DNA of 63,382 nucleotides, counting the filler, from Octopus bimaculoides (lineage: Eukaryota), in assembly GCF_001194135.2 (NCBI RefSeq). It is 4 parts of 3 records of this genome, joined end to end, with 100 filler letters (N's around TTAATTAATTAA, not from the genome) between each part and the next. Parts side by side here need not be neighbours in the genome. Positions count along the whole stretch, not along the records: positions 9,937 to 29,788 come from NC_068994.1; positions 29,889 to 40,301 come from NC_068991.1; 2 more parts are not named here. One strand, written 5' to 3'. The notes below the pieces were generated by a model. The model saw only the letters and a list, made by a program, of their open reading frames with translations. It was not told where the DNA came from and did no database searches. Position numbers and translations under genes: made by a program. Each line of letters starts with the position of its first letter. Position 1 is the stretch's first letter. Below, one piece after another: positions 26,111 to 38,467 of the stretch.

Positions 26111-26314
26111 GGATAATTACTCTCAGCACTGACAACTTGAAAACACATATAAACTTCGGCCTCTTGAGCTTGACTTCCCGATGCATAGTTTCCATAGAAT
26201 CATTTCATTCTCATGGTGTATATGCTACACATTAGTATATTCACGTGGTCTATATTATGCTATACTGTGTTGTATATTAATTTTCTTGCACACGCATTTC
26301 TAAATCCACATAAC

Positions 26315-26515
26315 TCTTTTACTTGTTTCAGTTATTTGACTGCGGCCATGCTGGAGCACCGCCTTTAGTCGACCAAATCGACCCCGGGACATATTCTTTG
26401 TAAGCCTAGTACTTATTCTATCGGTCTGTTTTGCCGAACCGCTAAGTGACGGGGGACATAAACACACCAGCATCGGTTGTCAAGCAATGCTAGGGGGACA
26501 AACACAGACACACAA

Positions 26516-26568
<53 letters not shown>

Positions 26569-26733
26569 TACGACGGGCTTCTTTCAGTTTCCGTCTACCA
26601 AATCCACTCACAAGGCTTTGGTCGGCCCGAGGCTATAGTAGAAGACACTTGCCCAAGATGCCACGCAGTGGGACTGAACCCGGCACCATGTGGTTGGTAA
26701 GCAAGCTACTTACCACATAGCCACTCCTGCGCC
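26315..26733 (-). mobile_element. SINE family B, full length, young
   Basis: Complete head to tail, and near-identical to 21102-21371 over the shared part. Confidence 0.92.
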
Positions 26734-26743
26734 TATGATAACT

Positions 26744-26888
26744 GATATTTATTTATTTAATTATTGGTGCATTCTGTTCATTGATCGGTATATGAATATT
26801 TGATTTTGTCTGTATTTCTGAGATGTGGAATTTTCATTATTATAGACTGATATATTCGGACTGGTGTACTCATCTTGGTTGTTAGAAT
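26744..26888. repeat. ~140-bp local direct repeat, copy 2
   Basis: Nearly identical to 25747-25887. Confidence 0.9.
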
Positions 26889-27204
26889 GGTATCGTTTCG
26901 GGAGTTTAGTTATACACTCGTAGAAAACGATGCCGGTGGCAACAGTAGTAAAGCATGAGTATGAGTGTAGTAGTATGTGCATGTGTGTGTGTGCATGTGT
27001 ACCTGGGTGTGCAGGCATACTTGTACATATAGCAGGAGTATAATATTTGTATTAATATACATGTCTCTAGCCTACGTTTGTACATGTATATGGGTGCAGA
27101 TGCGTGTGTGCATACATGTATATGGGTGCATTTGCACGTGTATATCTATGCATCTGTGTATATCTGTGCTTGCGCGCGCGTGAATGTATGTGTGTGTGTG
27201 TGTG

Positions 27205-27273
<69 letters not shown>

Positions 27274-27966
27274 TCTGTTTTTCCTGCATCATGTATAATG
27301 TATACTTCTTTGATATAAATTCGCCAGAATTTGTTTGCCATAAACGCAGTGACATCAAGAAAACGTAAGATGTTAATAACCTCTTAATGCGCACGACAAT
27401 GGCGAAAACATGCTGTTATTGTTGTGATTGGGAGATAGTTAAAATGTGGTTAAGTAGGTAATAACACATCTAATGCTTGCACGTAACATTAAAAGTTGAA
27501 ATATGATCAAATATGCAGCGAGAGAAAGATAGTGTCTGTCGATGTGACTAATATTGTTTGCTCATTTCTGGTTTTATCGCGAAGTACGGTAGACAGCTCT
27601 AGATTTATGTGAGCCTTATTGGGCAACCTCAGAGGAATTGCTGAAATGTTGTCAAACGAATCACTCAGTCAATATATAGAGATGTATGTTTGTCAGGTTG
27701 TTACTATGGCCAAGTAGACATTATATATATGTATATATATATACTATAAAAGACCTCAAATGCATCAAGTCAAATTAATTAGGAAGCACATGCGCATCAC
27801 TGGCTGAACAGATTACTCGAAAAAAATTCCAGGTTATTCAACTGTTCAATTCAGCAGACTATACACAGTTAAACAATTGTTAGCTGGTCTCGGTTATTCT
27901 GCTGTCCGTGTGTATATCAAAGGCTTAATTAATATAACGTTTAGTAAACAAGACCGGATGGATAAT

Positions 27967-28016
27967 TTAAAATATCACCATGCACGTTTTTGAAAACGTG
28001 CATGGTGATATTTTAA
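27967..28016. repeat. perfect palindrome, 24-bp arms, 2-nt spacer
   Basis: ttaaaatatcaccatgcacgtttt-tg-aaaacgtgcatggtgatattttaa. Confidence 0.95.
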
Positions 28017-28161
28017 TAGTGTAGTGATGTATTAAATTATCCATTCGGATTTACTTACTCTCTCTCTCTCTCGTGCATATATATATGTATGTATACGTTC
28101 GTATATGTAAGTATTCGTCTTGTTGTATATATATATTTGTATTTATGTGCTATCTGAGTAT

Positions 28162-28219
28162 ATTCCACTGATGAGGCAAAGCATTTCTTATGCAAAGCCA
28201 GAAATCCGGGATCTGGAAT
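28162..28219 (+). ncRNA. type I minimal hammerhead ribozyme-like motif
   Basis: attcca-CTGATGA-ggc...gcc-(a)-GAAA-tccggga-TC-tggaat; 6-bp stem I; one extra A before GAAA. Confidence 0.55.
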
Positions 28220-28689
28220 TATCCAGTAATTTTTTTGCTAGTTTATTTTGTCTTTTTGTATTCTCTCCTGGTGCTGTATGAACATTTAATGTGGTTTTAG
28301 AGTCAAGGTTTGACTGCTATTTCAAGCATGGTGGTATCTCTTAGATACCCTAAATTATAATTTTTATGATAATTATTACCTGTGAGGTTTTTATTCCCAT
28401 GCTGGCCACCTGATAGGATCGGTATTTTAAATAACGATCTTATATATNNNNNNNNNNNNNNNNNNNNNNNNNNNNNNNNNNNNNNNNNNNNNNNNNNNNN
28501 NNNNNNNNNNNNNNNNNNNNNNNNNNNNNNNNNNNNNNNNNNNNNNNNNNNNNNNNNNNNNNNNNNNNNNNNNNNNNNNNNNNNNNNNNNNNNNNNNNNN
28601 NNNNNNNNNNNNNNNNNNNNNNNNNNNNNNNNNNNNNNNNNNNNNNNNNNNNNNNNNNNNNNNNNNNNNNNNNNNNNNNNNNNNNNNNT

Positions 28690-29555
28690 ATATATATATT
28701 GTTGTATTTGGGGACGGTCATGTTGTCAGTTTAGCCAATAAAAACACACGCACTGTATATTTGGTGTTAATTTGCTTCAGCTTTATATGACATTAATCAT
28801 ATTTCGGCCAGAATTCTTTCGTCACACTTCTGTGACCTCATCAGTGGTCCTTTGCTTTCTTCATTCTTATATGTGTGTCCTTCCTTGCTAACGATCAGTT
28901 ATTTTGTATTTTGTATTCCTATTGTATGTGTCTACATTTGCGCATGCGTATCCCTCTATGTGTGTCTATATTTGTCTGTTTTGTAAGTGCATGTGTGTGT
29001 ATGGGGAGTGCCTGTATTATCTGTATCTTCTGTTAATACATGTTCATTTATTTTGTTTTTATCTATTTATTTGTTCATGTGTTTATACCTATTTCTTTTT
29101 TTGTTTTTTTTTCTTGTTTTTTTTTTGTATTTTTTTATGTATCTAATTTAATTTTGTTAACGTATGTAGTATTTAATTCCATTTGTTTATCTATGTATTG
29201 TATCATATTTTGTTCATATTGTTATCGTTTTATGGGGATTTTATTGTCATATGTTGTAGTTTGTTGGGGGGGGGGGGTGCTAGTGTTCCATTCCAGTTTC
29301 CTATTCAGGCTAGGTTTATCTTCTATTATGTGTGTAGCTTCTGTAATTTGTCTAAGAGCTGCGTCTGTTCTATGTGTGGACAAGATTTAAATTTCTATGT
29401 TGTTGAATGAGCCTCCATGTTCCTGCTAAGCGTGCTGGTACAGAACTGATGAGCTCTTCTCTTCCTTAAGTTCCCTCCAATGTCCATTTACCCGCTCTCC
29501 TATGCTCCGTGCTGTTTCTCCTACATACGTCGTCGTCTTGTTACTGCATCGTCCC
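28690..29555 (-). mobile_element. Penelope-like element 3' part (GIY-YIG C-half plus 3' UTR)
   Basis: CSNKTTTYVGETARSIGERVNGH...VLYQHA*QEH...LRQITEATHIIEDKPSLNRKLEW (29555-29265); hammerhead core downstream on the same strand. Confidence 0.85.
28806..28850 (-). ncRNA. type I minimal hammerhead ribozyme-like motif in the Penelope 3' region
   Basis: ggacca-CUGAUGA-g-GUCACA-gaag-UGUGAC-GAAA-gaaUUC-uggcc; 6-bp stem II; predicted cleavage after UUC (28811/28810). Confidence 0.65.
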
Positions 29556-29733
29556 TCTGTACATAGTATAAGATGTAGAGTGCTCAACACTGCCCTGTAT
29601 ATTTGTAGAGCATATTATATTATCATTTGATGCATGTACCCAAAACATGCATGCAGTATACATAAAGGAATCCAGATGCATAAGATGTTGATATAACCAT
29701 ATACATTTACGTATGCAGGCACACACCATCGCA

Positions 29734-29788
<55 letters not shown>

Positions 29789-29888
29789 NNNNNNNNNNNN
29801 NNNNNNNNNNNNNNNNNNNNNNNNNNNNNNNNTTAATTAATTAANNNNNNNNNNNNNNNNNNNNNNNNNNNNNNNNNNNNNNNNNNNN

Positions 29889-29928
<40 letters not shown>

Positions 29929-29938
29929 CACACACATA

Positions 29939-29990
<52 letters not shown>

Positions 29991-30839
29991 CAACTGCGTG
30001 TGAATATAATCACCAAAATTTCCATGAATTTCAATAGAAAAAACCTTTTGGATTCTAAATTTCTTAAGCTGTCATATTCTCGCAGTTCAGGTACTATCAA
30101 CACGTCATCGAGTTAGGATACTGTGTACATACATGCATGCATACATACATGCATATATACATACATACATAAATTCATACATACATAAATACATACATAA
30201 ATCCATACATACATACACACATATATACAAACACACATACACACAAATACACACAGACATACATACATACACACACACATACGTACATACATACATACAT
30301 ACATACATACATACATACACACAAACATATATACATACATACATACATACATACATATTGCTTTTAGTTCGTCTGATCTTTACAGCGAATATAATGTTTG
30401 CTTAAAGACTATGCTTGACATAGCATTTAATGTTTTCTCATTAGAGTTTATTGGTTTGTCATTCTGTAAGAGTCTGATCTATTTAATTTATTTAGCAATA
30501 AAAAGCTTCATCAATATTTTAATTGTATTTTAGGTTCCTAGTTTCTTTATTCTGTTCGTTACCCTTCTTTTTTATTCTGTCAATAATTACCAAATGAAGA
30601 AGCGGCTTCTTAAATGCGCTTAGCTTGCTAGCTGAATCTCTGGTTTTTTAGCGGGTTCTTAGTGTTTACATTGACTACTATACGTCATTTAGTGTCATTT
30701 TAGCCATTAAGTACCGTTGATTTGTATTCATGTGATTATATTCATCATAATGACTACATCTAAGCGATTTAAAATTTGACACGTGGTGTCCGTTATTAAA
30801 ATACTGATGCTGATAGAATCGGTGTCTGCATTACAATTT

Positions 30840-31410
30840 GTTCTGAGGCCTGATTCTAAAAGCCTGACATGGAGCACTGACAACCTTATAACATCTCATT
30901 TGGAAGGTTACCTCCATGCGATCCTGGAGCAAAAGATACCACCAATAACTTTTACACTAAAGACGAAAAGTATTAGCTGACAACAAATTTTGGTTATACA
31001 AAACCAAAATCGAAAATATTGGCCATATCATTGCCAAATGTGAGTGTGTGTCCTCCAGATACTTCTTTCCTATGAGGCATGAGGCAGTAGCCAGAGCGAT
31101 GTGAGGTATAATAAGAAAAAAATAACAATCAATACAGACGAATAGATCGAGACTGATGAATCAAAAGAATAGGTGGAAATTTAGGAATACAAAAGCAACT
31201 GGCCTAAAATTGCAGTTTGGAAACGAAATAAAAACGTATTCTGTTGATGTCAGGGCTATATTTGATGTCAATGTGGTAAGAAAATTACAGCTCAATGAAG
31301 ATATTTATGGACCATTGAGGAATCTACAAATGCAGTGCCCAGAGATTATAATATGCTAACAACTGCACATTGGAACAAGATTGTGGACACCACTCATTGG
31401 CACCTAGCAG
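30840..31410 (+). mobile_element. old R4/Dong-like fragment, internally deleted
   Basis: SHLEGYLHAILEQKI; ENIGHIIAKCECVSSRYFFPMRHEAVARA; DVNVVRKLQLNEDIYGPL. Confidence 0.6.
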
Positions 31411-31594
31411 CTAGCATTTTACATTGAGTATTTTTCACATAGCATCTGACAATACACAATGCATTCGAGCACTTGTCATGCGCAACGCCTTACACATTCC
31501 ATCAATCTAGCTCTATCTATATGCATATCTATGGCTACTTTTGTTTTTGTACACATATTAGTCCATCTACCTATTTATACAATTACCAGAGTAC

Positions 31595-31681
<87 letters not shown>

Positions 31682-31788
31682 CATACATGCATACCCACAT
31701 ACACACATACACATACACGCACGTATATAAAGTCCATAAGTCAATAAATATAAACTAGTATATTTGTCAATATTGTGGGGATATTAAA

Positions 31789-32254
31789 CAAAGTATACAG
31801 TATGATAGATCCATTTCAACCGATCTTACCAATCGGTTTCGCATTGGATAATTGGATATTAGATAACAGCTCGGTCAACTAACACCACTTACTCTTCAAA
31901 GATGGCAGGTATGGAAAACTATGGCGTCTGCTCTGTTATGAGTGATGAAAAAAATGTCCGGTTTGTATGTGCTGTAAAAAAAGGGGAAACAAAGTCGCAG
32001 GAGGCACACACGTATATGAACCCTAGACACATATCAACTCCTTAAACCCCCCACCTGCATATATTTTGACCGTGAGACTCGTGCTGCATAACAACTATCT
32101 CAGATACTTTGGGAACAAGGGAATCAACTTCTGATAAACCCCTCGCGAATTTGACTTTCGTTTCGTCCTGTTATCTAATATTCTAGTGTCTAACACTCAA
32201 CGCAAAGCCGATTGGTAAGATTGGATAAATGGGTGTATGATTCTGTATATTTTG
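31789..32254. mobile_element. degenerate MITE-like element with ~85-bp terminal inverted repeats
   Basis: 31789-31869 is an imperfect reverse complement of 32168-32254 (shared atcttaccaatcgg and atattagataacag). Confidence 0.55.
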
Positions 32255-32317
32255 ATTAATCTACACACACACACACACACACACGCACACACACGCACAC
32301 ACACACACACACACACA

Positions 32318-32466
32318 TCGCCCCAGTGCTTGACTTATATTTATTTTATCGACCCATGAAAGGCAAAGTCGACCACAGCAGAATTTGAACTGAAAACATA
32401 CAAACGGACGAAATTCCGCTAAGCATCTTGTCCGGTGTGCTAACGATTCTGCTAGCTCTCAGCCTT
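32318..32466 (-). mobile_element. SINE family A
   Basis: aaggcaaagtcgac...gaatttgaact...cgctaagca...gtgctaacgattctg. Confidence 0.8.
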
Positions 32467-32899
32467 AAATGAATTTGTAATATTACAACATATAGATGGA
32501 AACCATGAACATCAAATCAGACAAAGGTTCAAAGAAAAGTTTTCAACTTAATGAATTATATTCTGCAACTAATATATTAGCCCTGGAATTTCAGTTTCTA
32601 TGGACGGTTTTCTTTAAGGTAAACCGTCTTCTTATATACACTCTGCTAGCTAGAATCCGCAAGAGTGTTGAGGGAGGAACCAGTTCAAATTTATTAGCGT
32701 CCTCTGATATCTTGTATAGATAGATAGACAGATAAACAAACAGGCAGGCGGGCAGGCAGGCAGGCGACAAACAGGCAGACAAGCAGACAGGCAGGCAGAC
32801 AGACATAGACAGACACAAATAAATAGATAGACAGATAAACAAGCACACATATACATATAAAGGCGATGTTCGCAGTTGAGTGCAAGCCAAATTGAAATG

Positions 32900-33130
32900 A
32901 AATTATATTAAGTATGACTAGATCAAATTAAAACCTTGCTTTATATCTCTTTAAGAGTGTACAAGCTGATAACAAGATTAATTGGATAATATTTAAAACA
33001 AGCACTATGAACATATCCATCAATATAGCTATGTAAATGATTGCGGCTGTTGACCCAGACATTGGTCGTGGTTTAATTGGATTTATATCAAAGCTACACA
33101 TACATCAAGTTCACTTTCTCCATCCAACAG
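32900..33130 (+). mobile_element. possible degenerate Penelope endonuclease C-terminus
   Basis: LALYLF...NKINWIIFKT and FISKLHIH resemble the (S)KYIW...I.W.IL and LISKCRH motifs; heavily decayed. Confidence 0.3.
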
Positions 33131-35380
33131 ACCAGAATATGCTAACAACAGCAGCAACAACATAGTTACATCAGCCCATGCTCTCCTCTTCTGTTCTTAT
33201 CTATTTTACTTTCTTGTTTATTTAGGTATTAGACTAATTTTAGACCGTGTTCAAAAGGTATATAATTTCTCCTTGTTGCCTTCTTCGAAAAGGCATGAAG
33301 TTATTAAATATTTGAAATCAAAATTTCCCTAATTACGACAAGATATATGACACTATTTAGCAGAATATATCACAACGGACTTATATCAGTTCACTAAGCA
33401 TAATATATTAGCATCTAAATGTGTGTGTGTGTTTTCTATACTATTGTCTGTCTCTGTTCGGCCGAGTGCTACTCATAAGTTACACTTGATATAGGTAAGT
33501 AATTTTTAGGTTACACTTGATATAGGTAAGTAATTTTTAGGTTCCTCTACTAAGGACATGCCAATTCCATACAGGGATCTTTACATGGAACTACTCTTCA
33601 ACAGCTACAATAAAAACGATTTTTTGTTAACCTTTTTTTTCCACAATCTTTCTTCAATAGTGTTGATATCATTTTCAGCCTCGTTGTTTGTTGTATACTC
33701 CCGCAAGGTAGATTCACATTTAAGACGAATATCGCTACGAGTTTGAATAACGAGTTTCTTCAGTAAGATAATCAAAAGAATTGTTTACCAGGTCTAGCAG
33801 TTGCGACATTAAAGATGAAAAAGATAGCTATCGTATATTCAACGAGCAGTTTCACATCACTAACATGGGATTGGCCGCGTCGTACCAGTGAATGTGTATT
33901 TATATATGTATGTGTGTATGTACGCATATATGTGCGTGGTATGTATGCGTGTGTGGGTATGCATGAGTGTGTGTGGTTATGTATATGTGCATGTAAATAT
34001 GCAGATTTGAGAGTATGTATGTATGTTTAAATATGCAGTCATACATGTCCGTGTGTGCGCGTGTGTGTCAGTGCGCTATAGTAAGAGGGGATTTTTAAAA
34101 ACTACATTTAAGGTGTGTGTGAATGCATAAAATCTTTTTTGAAAAGTGGACAATGAAAGAATCACAAATTATAAGAACTGAGTATCTCTAGCAGACAACC
34201 ACTTTCCAAAAGTGTTTTTGATTTCGAAGGATAGGTCAGTAAAGAATTCCCGTGTAAAAATAGCATTCTTTTTCTCGTGATTCCTATTGAACTCATATCA
34301 TTTTTACTATATTTGTGAACCTGGGATAAGTATGCATTGTCTGGTGATAGCAGTCTACTATTTATTTCATATACAAAGATATCGCTTCCTTTGATAATCA
34401 ATTTCTAAGAATCTATTTCTTGTATCCCAAACTATTTATTTATCTACAACTTTCTTTCTTCTTCGTTCCTCTCTCTCTCCCTTTATATCTCTCTTTCTCT
34501 CTCTCTCTCTCTCTTTTTCTCACCTTCTCTTATCATCTACTTACTTATCTATTTATTACACCTGTAAATTACTATTGGCCAAAAACTTTCGTAAATTTTT
34601 CAATATGTAAGGACGTGTTTTACTAATCGAGAGAAACTATGCAATGCTGACAAGATTATAAATAAGACCTAAACAAATCCATGCATACCCTAATTTTTAG
34701 CTCCAGTAATAAATATCAGATTTGTTATCTTATATTAAAATTATTTACCTTTCCTTTATGAGTCATCACTGAATGCAACTAGGCTCTTGTTTATTTTTTC
34801 TCCAGCAAAAGAGAACATTTTCAATCGTTAAAAATGTTTTGCTCACATCATTCAGTACAGCAAGTCTACTTTTAATCACAACCCATTAGGTTATTTCCTC
34901 CAACTCAATTTAGTTTTAAACACGCGTTGTCCTCCACCAGACAGTTATTACAGGAGAGATAATAATTTTTCCATGATATTTGGCAGGAGTAAAAATTCGA
35001 ATTTGAAATTAGGAAATTATAAAGAAAAAGATGCATTGAATACAGATATTTAATTTTTTTCCGAAGTTCTTGAATTTTCAAGTCAATGGTAATCATGCAT
35101 AGCATTGTTTCATTCTTTTTAGGAATCGTCAGCATAACATAACCTGAGATATATTAATTAAATGTTTTATGAAGCGAGACATTTTTTAATGGATGGATTC
35201 CGAAAGAAATCTATGGAATGCGAGTTTTTCTTTTCTCTTTTTCTTCTTTTTCTTCATTGAACGTTAGTAGTTTAGCAATCGAGAGAAAAGAGAAAGCTCT
35301 TAGTCTCTGCATACAAGGTAACTGTTTCCTAGGAATTCTACCTTGTAAAGGTGTCTTACAATAGCCAATATTTTAGTTTT

Positions 35381-35422
<42 letters not shown>

Positions 35423-36249
35423 GTGTACACACAGACACACAGACACACACACACACACACACACACACGCGCGCGCACACGCACACACACACACACACAC
35501 ACGCGCACACACACACACACACACACACACGACAACAGTAAATGAAGTCAGAAAATAACTAAGAATCGTAATATCTTAATAGATGTTGACTATCGTGTGA
35601 GGTTTGATGGTGCAATGAGAGTTACTGGGAGCATAAACAACATTTCTTCTATCTTATAGTTCATCACCATCAACATCTGCATGAGGGATGAAGGAGTAAT
35701 ACAATATTGTGTATGTGAGTGGCACATCATCTCTTTGTATTCCCCTTTATCACCCTACTGACGTGTATAACTAAATCCTTTCCCTCGCTTTAATACTCGC
35801 CCCTCCCATCTCTCACTATTCCAGTTCTCCTTTCTCAGTTCTATAACCCCACTATCCCAAACTATTAACATTTGTTGTCAAACTCAACAAGGACCACCTT
35901 TCACAGTACTACCCATCCCACCCTTTCCCACTCATCTCCCAACTCTCAACTTCTACTTCTACTTCTCTCAATACCCTGAACACTCACCCCTCTCCCTTCC
36001 TGATTTGACACTGCTATTTCTTCTTGCCCTTCCTTGCTTCAACACTCCCCACATCCCCATCGAGCCGCCTAATTCCTCCATCTACTTACTTGTGTTTGCC
36101 TTCCTCTTCACTAATTCTCCCTTTAAATTCCCCTGCATTATGATTTGAAATATTAGATACCTATCTCTCCACCTTGAAGATGGAAGTTGAATCTACCTAA
36201 CGTTTATATGCTTCCACTACTGGTTACATATCCTTGACTTTTTGCGAAC

Positions 36250-37140
36250 TACATTGAGAATAACAACGAACATTATTGACCCCTCATGCCTTTTTATGTA
36301 AGAAAACGGCAAGAAAGAAGCGGAAACCTGCAGGAAGACATGCGCTGCGTAGGGAGATGATACCAGAAGTTATTTTCAAGATTTTGGTCGAGAATTTTTT
36401 TTAGTTTTAGATGTTCTTGACGGTCAACTGAGATTAACAGCGACAAAGTGAAGGAGTTAGTCAAGACCAATCCGCGTTATATGGCCAGCATGATCACAGA
36501 TATTCCCCAAATATCCAAATCGTGTGTTGAAAACCATCTGCATTAAGCTTGATTAGGTTAGCAGGCTCGATGTTTGGATCCCAAATCGATTGAGTGAGAA
36601 CATGGCTAAACGAATGTCCATTTGAAGAGAACAGGGAATGAAAAATGAATCATCTGTTGCAATGTTAAGCACAAACGATCGTGGAGAAAGCGTGGCTAAC
36701 CATTAGAAACAAACTACAAGGCAGGTCTTCACCCAAAGTTGGTTTTGCTTTCAATTTTGTGGCATTGGGAGGGTGTTGTCTTTTATGAGCTTCCTCCCAC
36801 GAACGTCAATTTTGGTGTGTACTGTGAACAGCTGGACAAAGTAAACGCATTAATACACCAGAAGCGTCCATATTTGCTAATCATAAGAGCATTGTTTTTC
36901 ATTACGACATTGCCAGGTCGTACACTTCTTTACCAACGCGGCAAAAGTTACTGGGGCTTGGCTGGGAATTTGCTGCACTCTCCGTATTTACCCAACCTTA
37001 CGCCTTCAGATTTCCACTTGATTCAGACTCTTCAAGATTCATTGGAGGGATAGACCTGTAACTCTGTAACCTAGCTTTTGCCAGTAAAGACAGAAAATTC
37101 ATTGAGCAGGGAAAAATGTCTTGTACTTATAGTAGAAAGG
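36250..37140 (+). mobile_element. decayed mariner (DD34D-type) transposon
   Basis: LHPKLVLLSILWHWEGVVFYEL...VYCEQLDKVNALIHQKRP; HSPYLPNLTPSDFHL (YSPDLAPSDFHL variant). Confidence 0.8.
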
Positions 37141-37277
37141 AATATTTAAAATTTATTCATGTTCATGAAATGTATATTCCACGTAGTGTCGAAACGCATG
37201 TAACTAAAAAATTAAATTTCGTTTTTGGATTTGGTTTGCAAGATTTTTTATGTGATTTCATGTGTTGAAGCATATTC

Positions 37278-37526
37278 TGTTGTGTCTGGGGAGAGTCATT
37301 TTCTTATCGAGCCTTAAAATTTAACACACCCACCGTTAAAATTTCCACTTATTATTTTTATTTTCCTAAAATTTTCGTTGCATCTTGCAACCTTTTTCAA
37401 TAGTTGAAAAAGGTTGCAAGACGCAACGAAAATTTTAGGAAAATAAAAATAATAAGTGGAAATTTTAACGGTGAGTGTGTTAAATTTTAAGGCTCGATAA
37501 GAAAATGACTCTCCCCAGACACAACA
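37278..37526. repeat. fold-back palindrome, 123-bp arms, 3-nt loop, 2 mismatches
   Basis: 37278-37400 is the reverse complement of 37404-37526. Confidence 0.95.
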
Positions 37527-38181
37527 AAATAAAGAATTAAATATAACACCATAAAAGTCAGTCTTCGACTTTACATATGTACATACATATATATATATAT
37601 ATATATATGTGCACGTATGTCTTTTTGGGGATACTGCGCAGTGAGAATGAACCCGGCATCGTACCATTGCGGAGCGAACTACTCAAGAACTCAGGTATGC
37701 TTGCTTCCATATTATATATATGCACTAATTTCAGTGCAACTCAAAGGTAAATTATTGATCACTTAACATCGTATAAACTGACTACCAAAAGGCTTTCAAC
37801 AGTAATCCCAACACGTGGACTCTGGGAACGTTGGACACGAGCAAGTTACGAAGTTATGTGAAAGACATGAGTAAAAAGCAAGCAATTATGCAGATGAGTA
37901 CATATTTCACCAAGCTAATTTAATAGCTTTTCTTCATATATCATTTAATACTACGTAAACCTAGATGCCATAATAAAGCAGGAAACGATCTTCAATGCAT
38001 TTTGAACTACCTGCCAATCATTATTAAATACGACTCTACGAACAAAACTTCAGAAAAGCTCAATGGAACCACTTCCAACAAGAGACATAATTCCAAATAT
38101 AGATACTGTAGCATTTGCAAGGAAATCATCTAGAAGCTTAAAAAAAAGTCCTAAGTTGTAATGTAAAAAAATACAACCCTA

Positions 38182-38395
38182 CATCATCATCATCAACATC
38201 CCTTAACTGATGCAGCTAGCGGTTGGCGTGCCACTTTAGACGCTTTCATAGTCAGCCGTCGTCACTGGTCTCTACTCTCTGTCATGCGTAGCAGGTTCGC
38301 TGTATTATGACTCGTCCAGTCCTTGATGTCGAACCAGGAATTTCTCGGTCTACCCCTCTTTTGCCCTTCCTCAACTGTGCCCTGAAGAATGTTTA
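38182..38395 (-). mobile_element. RTE-clade LINE 3' end
   Basis: ILQGTVEEGQKRGRPRNSW-DIKDWT...LLRMTESRDQ*RRL, followed by a (GAT)n tail. Confidence 0.75.
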
Positions 38396-38404
38396 TATAT
38401 ATAT

Positions 38405-38467
38405 ATTTAGTCGGTTAGTCGTTTCAGTCATTAGATTGTAGCCATGCTGGAGCACCGCCTTGAATCA
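38405..38467 (-). mobile_element. SINE family B, 3' fragment
   Basis: gtttcagtcattagattgtagccatgctggagcaccgccttgaa. Confidence 0.6.
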
